Sequence record: DRR723986_3403
Direction: 5' to 3' (one strand)
DNA: 64,000 nucleotides
Shown: positions 57,056 to 64,000 of the stretch, piece after piece
Layout of the letters: the number at the start of each line of letters is the position of its first letter
Position numbering within the stretch: the first letter of the stretch is position 1
The notes under the pieces: model-generated
What the model saw: the letters and a program-made list of their open reading frames with translations, nothing else
Told to the model about the DNA's origin: nothing
The model's database searches: none
Translations under genes and position numbers: made by a program

Positions 57056-57393
57056 GTACCAGTCTCCCTATGGTGTCGGGCCACCTGTAATTGTCTGCCA
57101 TGCGATGTCTGCCTGGCAGCGTGGTGTGCTGTACTTTGATGGGTGTGCTGTAATGTGATAGTTGCGCGGGGTGCAAAACTATCTCTGCTTTGGCCAGATG
57201 CTGGCGTTGGCAAGTGCCGGTCGCTCGGACATACGACGCTTCAGGCTTATTGATTTGTGTACTCAACAAGCTGAAAACGTTGGGGCGTTTGTTCAAACGC
57301 CAATGTGTTCGTGCGGTTGCACACTCAGGATGCGGTTCTTGTCATGGTTCATCGAACCCTCTTGATGGCTGAAGATCCAGCTCAATCGGGCGG

Positions 57394-59586
57394 TTATATC
57401 ATACCAATTATTTTGCGTCCCACCCAGAAAACTCCTAGCAAGAACACCAGTAGTCCGGCCGTCAGCGGGTGACTCCAAATCTGCACTCGGCGGATGGTGT
57501 TCGGTGGTTCTGGGACATCTTTGACTGCTTTGACAATCTGGGCAACGTCGAGCTGGCGTAGAACCTGGCCACGCGTTACTCGCGACAGTTCTTCTAGCAC
57601 TTCTGGGCGGGCAGGTCGGCCCACTTGCTCGAGCGTACGACCTTGGACAAAGATCGTTGCTTCCAGCTCCTTTGAAGTCTCTTTGCAGCGGACAATTACT
57701 CTGTGACTGCCTGGTTCACTTGGTGTGAAAGTGCCAGCAAAGGCGCCCCATTCCGCGCCGCTGCTGGACATTTGGACGGTCTCACTACGTCCCGAAGGGG
57801 CCACAAATCGGGCGGTTACCTGACCGCTGGAAAGAGGCTCCCCAGAATCCTCCATTACATTGGCGCTCAACGAGATCGTTTGTCGTACCTGCGGTTGCTC
57901 AGGCGAATAATAGAAGCGAATTGTCTCGCCTTCAGCCATATTTCTCTGGTACGCCATCCAGCGGACGACCTGCCCCCAAAATCGGTAGTGGTATCGATCT
58001 TCCACGCCTCGACGCCAGCGCCATGCGCCGTCGGTGCCCATAAAGAGGACTTTGCCGGCTCCGAAAGTGCGTGTGACCAACAATGGAATACGCCCGTATT
58101 CGTTCGACGATTCCTGGTGGACAGCCAGCACGTCGGTGCCCACCCGGGCTCGCGTGATTGGAGCGTGCCACTGAAAACCGGGCAGGCCTTCCCATATCTG
58201 AATGTTCTCATCGGACGAATCAGCAAGCTTGGTCAACAAGCTGCGACGTCCCAGTTCGGTCAATGCAAAGTGGCTTGGCGTTCGCGAGCCCCAGCCGCGC
58301 GGTTGTCCAGCGTCAAATTCAACTGGAAGTAGGTCGTTCAGCGGCGACTCCATCAAGGAGAGCATGTTGCCTTGCAGGCCAGGCATAAAGACCAGGCCAC
58401 TGGCTTGTTGCTCCACTAGCCCGCGAAGAAGTCGGCACTGCTCTTCGGTGAGTTGTTTTTCACCAATGCCAACATCACCGAGGAAAACAACGTCGTACAC
58501 CGCCAGGTCCTCGAGTTCTTCGGGAAAGGCTGGGATGTAGTCGCGATTCCCACCACCAACTTTGCTCAACTGTGGATGGAACAGCAGGCAACTCACTTCA
58601 ACACCAGGATCCCGCGAAAGAGCATTCCTCAAGTAGCGGTATTCCCACCGTGGCATTGATTCGACAACCAAGACCTTCAGTTTTTCTTCGCGTATGGCGA
58701 TTGGTGTTTCGCGGCTGTTGTTGTCAAGAATGCGTTCATCAGGGTGATTGGGAATATCAAGTGTAAGAGTAAAATCGCCTTGCCCCTCTGGTTTCCAAAC
58801 GATTGCGTCGCTCGTTCGTCCCATTCCAGCAATCCGAACTTGCTTTTGCAGTTTTGTCCCGTCAGAGATTGTCAACTCAACTTGGGCAACATGGTCCCTT
58901 GGCAATGCGCTTTCGATCGTGAACGGGATGCGGACATTTTTCCCCGAGACACCGAATGTTGGTACGTCGAAACTGACGAGATCCAGATCCGGCAAGCGGC
59001 TCTGACTGCCAAGCGGAACACTCATGATCGGAATTTGCTCTTGCCTCAGCCGCATTGCAGTGTCCACCGGCGGAGTACCGGAATTCCAGTCGCCGTCGGA
59101 TGCCAACACAACAGCACGAAGCATCGGATGCTGCTCCCTGGCGTCAGCCAAAGCCGATTCGATATCGGTTTGACCGGAATCATCGCCGCCGGAAAACGGC
59201 GTTATGACGACCTCGACGTCGTCGGACAACTCTTCCCAGGCTTCCGCCTCAAGCAGCGGTTTTAGGGCTTCTCGGCGGCTCTCGATGGTTGCCGCTGTGT
59301 CTTCTAGCCCAACATCCTGGGTATCCATACTCATCGACTGGTCGGCCAGAATCGCAACCACGGGCTTTTCGGCGGGCTTAAATTCCTGCACTGTTTCTGG
59401 CTGGTTCAGGATGAGCACCGCGCAGGCAATAATCAGCAAGCGAATCGTTTCTAAAAACACGACGCCTGGACGGAATCCGCTGCGACGACATGTCATGAAA
59501 CTCAGCACAGCGCCGATCACAATGGCTGCGCACGAGATGACCAACGATAGGGTCGTCCACTGAAAGCCAAATGTTGTCTCGGACAT
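57394..59586 (-). CDS. Membrane protein with VWA, Ig-like and glutamine-amidotransferase-like domains
   Basis: LRLL-type TM N-terminus, DQSMS MIDAS, SDG, KVLVVESMPRWEYRYL, YDVVFLGDV, WRWR..FWGQVVRW and a C-terminal TM helix. Confidence 0.88.
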   Translation of the reverse strand: MSETTFGFQWTTLSLVISCAAIVIGAVLSFMTCRRSGFRPGVVFLETIRLLIIACAVLILNQPETVQEFKPAEKPVVAILADQSMSMDTQDVGLEDTAATIESRREALKPLLEAEAWEELSDDVEVVITPFSGGDDSGQTDIESALADAREQHPMLRAVVLASDGDWNSGTPPVDTAMRLRQEQIPIMSVPLGSQSRLPDLDLVSFDVPTFGVSGKNVRIPFTIESALPRDHVAQVELTISDGTKLQKQVRIAGMGRTSDAIVWKPEGQGDFTLTLDIPNHPDERILDNNSRETPIAIREEKLKVLVVESMPRWEYRYLRNALSRDPGVEVSCLLFHPQLSKVGGGNRDYIPAFPEELEDLAVYDVVFLGDVGIGEKQLTEEQCRLLRGLVEQQASGLVFMPGLQGNMLSLMESPLNDLLPVEFDAGQPRGWGSRTPSHFALTELGRRSLLTKLADSSDENIQIWEGLPGFQWHAPITRARVGTDVLAVHQESSNEYGRIPLLVTRTFGAGKVLFMGTDGAWRWRRGVEDRYHYRFWGQVVRWMAYQRNMAEGETIRFYYSPEQPQVRQTISLSANVMEDSGEPLSSGQVTARFVAPSGRSETVQMSSSGAEWGAFAGTFTPSEPGSHRVIVRCKETSKELEATIFVQGRTLEQVGRPARPEVLEELSRVTRGQVLRQLDVAQIVKAVKDVPEPPNTIRRVQIWSHPLTAGLLVFLLGVFWVGRKIIGMI

Positions 59587-59657
59587 GCTAATTCTCGCTG
59601 AACTGAGTGCTTGTGAAGCTGCTTATCTAGGTGTCACAAAAAATGCTGTTGCAGAAC

Positions 59658-61772
59658 TTAAGTTGCCGTCTCGGTGCTGTTGGAGGTGCGGAAGCCAGAC
59701 GCAATTGATTCGGCTTTCTCGGAGCTACCGGGAGCGGGCGAGTCAGCAGAGGCCATCGCTGCTGACCGAACTCTTGGTAAGCAAAGAAATGCCTCCAAGA
59801 GCAGAGCAAGAATCATCACAATCAGAAACACTCGCCAAACCTCGCGAACAATGCCGTTCATCTGTCCTGCGGCTCCGTCGACTCGTGAGAACTGCAATCC
59901 ACCGAAGAGAGTCTCCAAGTCGCTTGATTCAACGACGTCGATCTGATCCTCTTCTGAACTCCGATTGACACTAAACAGTTGGTCGTCACTTCGATAAACG
60001 CCAGCAGATGCGCTGAACTGCGTCGACAAGGCTTCGTCGTCGCCGCTGACCATTTGCCAGGTCGTCGAGGGAACTTCTTTTGCACTTGCGGTGCGAGATG
60101 TCGTCTTGCCGAGTGCTTCTAGCCCCTTGTTCATGGCTCGCTGAATCGCTACGAACAAGACGATTCCGCTCTTCGCCAGACTTGACGTTTCGTTTGCAGC
60201 GCTGGTAGCACAGAAGTAAACTCCGCCGCGGTCTGTCGCGACACGTGCCAGCAAAGGTGCGCCGCCGGAAAGGGATGCCAATTTCGAGAGACTCCCCGAC
60301 GCCTCGATTGTTGCGTAGCCCCCCAGCTTTAGTGCACCGACCGGAAGACCAGATCCGCTTGCCGTCGCCGCCAATAAGTCTTGGTCGCCGCGCCAATTCT
60401 CGACCATCACGCTAGCCGCATCGCCAGTATTCCAGCCGGACCATCGCGTTCCCATGAATTCAGCGTCTGTCCCAACGCCAGTGCCACCAATCAGACTCGT
60501 CGGTGGAAAGAAGAGCACTTGCCCGCCTTTGTCGACGTAATTCTTAACCGTCCCAGCAGCAGTTCCTTCTGGTAGTGAGGTTTGCCAAACAAGAAGCGAC
60601 GTGTCATCGAGCACAAGTGAATCAACTTGCTCGGGCATCATCACCTCGACAGCGGGGTTTTCGCTGCCGTCCTCAGAAATCGATGCGGCAATCTCAACTG
60701 CCCGAGTTGCCTCTCGGTCCTCGCTCACAACAACAACGCGGCGCAGCGGTGGATCATCAAAGACAAAATAGAACGAGTTGTCTGCGTTGTTAGTGTCGGC
60801 GGGAAGGCTGACTCGGCCCCATCCCGTTCGCTGGTCTCCAGAAAGTGGAATCCGGTGGTTTCCAAGGTCAAGGCGATTGCCCGTCATCTCGCGAGTCAAA
60901 CTGCTGCGAGCCCCGTCAACTTCAATCTCAATCGTCACGCTTTCCGGCTCGGTGGGCGGTTCGCTTTCAGTCGAGTCTTGTCGGACGACCTGCATCGAAA
61001 GAAGGAGTTCATTGCCGCCAACGGCAGGGCTGTCGGAATTCGCAACGATTGCCTTGGTAACGCGGATGGCAAGGTTACGCTCGGGCGGCTCCGGGTAAGC
61101 GATCAGGTTGATCCCCACCGACTGCGGCAACGCCAAGAAACCTTCGCGGGCAATGGACCAAGTGCCGCTCTTCTGATTCCAATCACTTTCCCGCAAGTCG
61201 GAACAGATCCAAACCTCAGTCGGGCCAGGCTTGTTGGCTTTCAGGTAATCCAATGCTCCTTGGAAAGTCGTCGCGAGATCGCAAGTAGCGCTGTTGCCAC
61301 GGAACTCGGGCGAATCCAACATCGTATCCAACTGATCAAACTCTTGTGCTTGACCATTAGCATCAATCGTAACCCAGTGAGTTGCACCGAGGGTCTTGAG
61401 CGCATCGGCGAGCTGCGTTCGGCCAGTTTCCAACTTCGAGATACCGCCAACTCCCTGCTGCTGCATGCTTGGAGAGCGATCGAGAATGACAATCGTCGTG
61501 TCGACTTTTCCACCGCCGGCCAGACCGAGAAACCCACTGGCAAGCGGGCGTGCCACGGCGAACAGCAGACCAGCAACCGCCAGAGTCCGCATGGCCAGGA
61601 TCAACCATTGCCGCAGTTTCGCAAAACCACGATTCATGCGGTTGGCTTGCAGCAGGAACATCATCGCGCCCCAGGGACGCGTCTGGTAACGCCACTGATT
61701 GATTAGGTGGATGATGATGGGCATCGCAATCAAAGGCAATGCGGCCAACAGTAGGGGTTGTAAAAAGCTCAT
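59658..61772 (-). CDS. BatA N-terminal domain plus VWA membrane protein
   Basis: MSFLQP..PIIIHL..WGAMMFL..LAMR..ARP (BatA), DRSPS MIDAS, ADNSFYF and a C-terminal TM (EVWR..LLLE). Confidence 0.9.
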   Translation of the reverse strand: MSFLQPLLLAALPLIAMPIIIHLINQWRYQTRPWGAMMFLLQANRMNRGFAKLRQWLILAMRTLAVAGLLFAVARPLASGFLGLAGGGKVDTTIVILDRSPSMQQQGVGGISKLETGRTQLADALKTLGATHWVTIDANGQAQEFDQLDTMLDSPEFRGNSATCDLATTFQGALDYLKANKPGPTEVWICSDLRESDWNQKSGTWSIAREGFLALPQSVGINLIAYPEPPERNLAIRVTKAIVANSDSPAVGGNELLLSMQVVRQDSTESEPPTEPESVTIEIEVDGARSSLTREMTGNRLDLGNHRIPLSGDQRTGWGRVSLPADTNNADNSFYFVFDDPPLRRVVVVSEDREATRAVEIAASISEDGSENPAVEVMMPEQVDSLVLDDTSLLVWQTSLPEGTAAGTVKNYVDKGGQVLFFPPTSLIGGTGVGTDAEFMGTRWSGWNTGDAASVMVENWRGDQDLLAATASGSGLPVGALKLGGYATIEASGSLSKLASLSGGAPLLARVATDRGGVYFCATSAANETSSLAKSGIVLFVAIQRAMNKGLEALGKTTSRTASAKEVPSTTWQMVSGDDEALSTQFSASAGVYRSDDQLFSVNRSSEEDQIDVVESSDLETLFGGLQFSRVDGAAGQMNGIVREVWRVFLIVMILALLLEAFLCLPRVRSAAMASADSPAPGSSEKAESIASGFRTSNSTETAT

Positions 61773-62680
61773 CCTCGCCTCCCTCGCAGAGCGCGTTCGA
61801 CCAGGAACTTTTTCAGCTCTTCATCATAGGGCGAGTCGATCGAAACTCGCCGGTAATCTACAGCCGTCTCTAAGACAACCTTTTGTAACGAATCCAAATA
61901 GGTGTTCAGCGCTGTGTGGTAACGATCCGCTATTTCAACTGGATCTGCAAAAATCGGAGTTCCACCTTCTAAATCGATGAAGCGGGTCGGTCGCTGGAAA
62001 GCAAACGCCAACTCCTCCGGGTCAAGCAAGTGAAAAGCTGCGATATCGTGCTTGCGAAACCTCAGATGCTCGAAGCAATCCCGCAACTCGGCAGGGTCGA
62101 TGAACAAGTCGGACAGGATAATGACGAGCGCTCGCTGGCGAACGGTCTCAGCCAGTTCATGCAGCACTTCGGCAAGCCCCGTTTTGCCCTGCGGCTTGGA
62201 TTCTTCAAGTGTGTCAAAAAGCACTTGCAAGTGAGCCGGGTTGCGGCGTGGCGGAAGATGCTGCGTAATCTCACCAGCGACGGACGCCAACCCAACGGCG
62301 TCGCCTTGGCCAATAGCCAGGTAGCTCAGTGTTGCGCAGATACGTCGAGCGTACTCGAGCTTTGTCATGCCAACACTGCCAAAGTCCATCGATCCGCTAG
62401 TGTCCAAGACAACGACCATCCGCAGATTCGTGTCGGCTTCGAATTCCTTGATGTAGTATCGATCACTTCGTCCAAATGCTCGCCAGTCCAGTCGCCGTAG
62501 GTCATCGCCGGGGACGTACTTGCGGTACTCAGCGAATTCGACACTGGCTCCGCGGTGGGGACTGGAGTGACGTCCAGAAACATTCCCAAGCATCGGTTTC
62601 CTGGAAAGGAGCGGCAAGGCAGATAGCTGCGCAAGCACGGCTGGATCCAGGAAGCTGCGTTCTTTGCGTTCTATACTCAC
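61769..62680 (-). CDS. DUF58 family VWA-like protein
   Basis: GRHSS..GASVEFAEYRKYVPGDDLRRLDW, YIKEFE, DTSGSM and LSDL. ATGA overlap with the BatA gene. Confidence 0.93.
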   Translation of the reverse strand: MSIERKERSFLDPAVLAQLSALPLLSRKPMLGNVSGRHSSPHRGASVEFAEYRKYVPGDDLRRLDWRAFGRSDRYYIKEFEADTNLRMVVVLDTSGSMDFGSVGMTKLEYARRICATLSYLAIGQGDAVGLASVAGEITQHLPPRRNPAHLQVLFDTLEESKPQGKTGLAEVLHELAETVRQRALVIILSDLFIDPAELRDCFEHLRFRKHDIAAFHLLDPEELAFAFQRPTRFIDLEGGTPIFADPVEIADRYHTALNTYLDSLQKVVLETAVDYRRVSIDSPYDEELKKFLVERALRGRRG

Positions 62681-62999
62681 AGGGGGCGGTCGCCTTTGGC
62701 AGCTCAGCTACGTGAGGAGCTCTTGCTGCCTCCATGAAAAACTTGCGGCGGGTTGGAGCCCGTTTCAATATCACCCAATTAGCAGGGAGCGTGGTGAAAC
62801 GAAGCTTGTTCGAACTTGACTTGGCTGTCGGAAGCGATCGATGGCGAAGCAAATTCCTGTGCGATGCCCCGACCTGCTTCTGCGACACTGCGACCTGCTT
62901 TGCACTGCTGCGGCTGGTAGCTTCACAGGCAAATACATTCGGTGAAGAATCCAGATTACCGTGAAGTCAGCGTCTTCGCTGGTGCAGAGTTGCCGGCCG

Positions 63000-64000
63000 C
63001 TATGCGTCAGGTGTTTCTTCAACCAAACGACGGATGATGTCGCTGGCTGTGACGCGTTCGGCCTGAGCCGCAAACGTTGTAATGACACGGTGAGTCAGAA
63101 CTGCAGGTGCAATGGCCTGTACATCTTCCACGCGGACCATGTAACTACCCTTGAGCGCGGCTCGAGCTTTCGCGCCCAGAATCAAGTTCTGGACTGCTCG
63201 CGGACCACCGCCCCATGAAACAAGTGGTTTCAACCAATCAGGGGCCGTTTCGCCGGCTGGACGAGTCTTCCTGACCAGGCGAGCACAATAGGTATAAATA
63301 TGGTCCGGCACGGGGACTCGCCGCACCAAACTCTGGTGCGAGATGATTTCTTCGGCCGTCATCAGATGGTCAAGAGTCTGCATTGCTTCGCCAGTTGTTG
63401 TCTTGGCGATCATGATCTCTTCTTCTTCGTTGGGGTAATCCAACTCGATCAAAGACATGAACCGGTCAAGCTGTGCTTCCGGAAGCGGGTAGGTCCCTTC
63501 CTGCTCGACAGGGTTTTGCGTAGCCAGCACCAAGAAGGGTGGGGGCAACTCAAAGACCTTCCCCAGCACAGTCACTCGCTGTTCCTGCATCGCCTCCAGT
63601 AAGGCAGCTTGAGTCTTTGGTGGGGCACGGTTAATTTCATCAGCAAGGACGACATTCGCAAAAATCGGCCCCTTAACAAATTGGAACTCCCTTCGCCCCT
63701 CTTCGTTTTCCTGCAAAATATCGGTGCCGGTAATGTCCATCGGCATCAGGTCGGGAGTGAACTGAATTCGGTTGAATCCAAGCGACATCGTCTCGGCAAG
63801 CTTGCTGACGAGAAGCGTCTTCGCAAGCCCGGGTACACCCATCAGCAAAGCATGCCGACGGGCGAATAGGCAAATCGCCAATTGCTCAATCGTGTCAGAC
63901 TGACCGACAATCACTTTGCCCAATTCGGCCACGAGTCGGCCGTAGGCATCGCGAAGGCGATCGATCGCTTGCACATCGTCACCACTTAGTTGCTGCACTT
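63000..64000 (-). CDS. MoxR family AAA+ ATPase (5' end probably beyond the window)
   Basis: GVPGLAKT, RIQFTPDLMP, LADEINRAPPKTQAALLEAM and ATQNPVEQEGTYPLPEAQLDRF. Confidence 0.96.
   Translation of the reverse strand, partial: VQQLSGDDVQAIDRLRDAYGRLVAELGKVIVGQSDTIEQLAICLFARRHALLMGVPGLAKTLLVSKLAETMSLGFNRIQFTPDLMPMDITGTDILQENEEGRREFQFVKGPIFANVVLADEINRAPPKTQAALLEAMQEQRVTVLGKVFELPPPFLVLATQNPVEQEGTYPLPEAQLDRFMSLIELDYPNEEEEIMIAKTTTGEAMQTLDHLMTAEEIISHQSLVRRVPVPDHIYTYCARLVRKTRPAGETAPDWLKPLVSWGGGPRAVQNLILGAKARAALKGSYMVRVEDVQAIAPAVLTHRVITTFAAQAERVTASDIIRRLVEETPDA

Noticed and set aside
60627-61706. Long antisense or alternate-frame ORFs (359 aa here; also 19095-19874, 18845-19588, 16085-16783, 57703-58332, 53787-54404)
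   Set aside because: They overlap well-supported genes and have no recognisable motifs, as expected for shadow ORFs in GC-rich coding DNA.

Overview
A 64-kb chromosomal window from a planctomycete (Pirellulales-like, inferred from sulfatases, a planctomycete cytochrome c/WD40 protein, DUF1080, SHD1 and MoxR/DUF58/BatA gene content). I found no rRNA, tRNA, CRISPR array, transposase or prophage. Recognisable genes: glucosylglycerate metabolism (gpgS-like synthase, GH13_18 phosphorylase), an orphan ParA, a BlaI/BlaR1(M56) pair with a tandem palindromic operator, gltA, guaB, kdsD-kdsC, two sulfatases plus a degenerate sulfatase-like protein, a WecB/TagA glycosyltransferase and a FixJ-type regulator. 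The last ~16.5 kb is a nine-gene minus-strand cluster cut by the window edge: MoxR, DUF58, BatA/VWA, VWA/GATase-like, a coiled-coil protein, two paralogous LTxxQ-like proteins, a QW-repeat barrel and a giant thioredoxin. Best leads: (1) that cluster as an uncharacterised envelope-spanning AAA+/VWA machine; (2) a 1086-aa membrane-anchored OstA-like repeat protein in the lptC/lptA position after kdsD-kdsC, possibly a single-chain LPS bridge; (3) a pore-less voltage-sensor-like protein with a very long S4 and a C-terminal coiled coil; (4) a three-way-junction RNA leader that hides the guaB ribosome-binding site. All family calls are by-eye motif recognition, not database searches.
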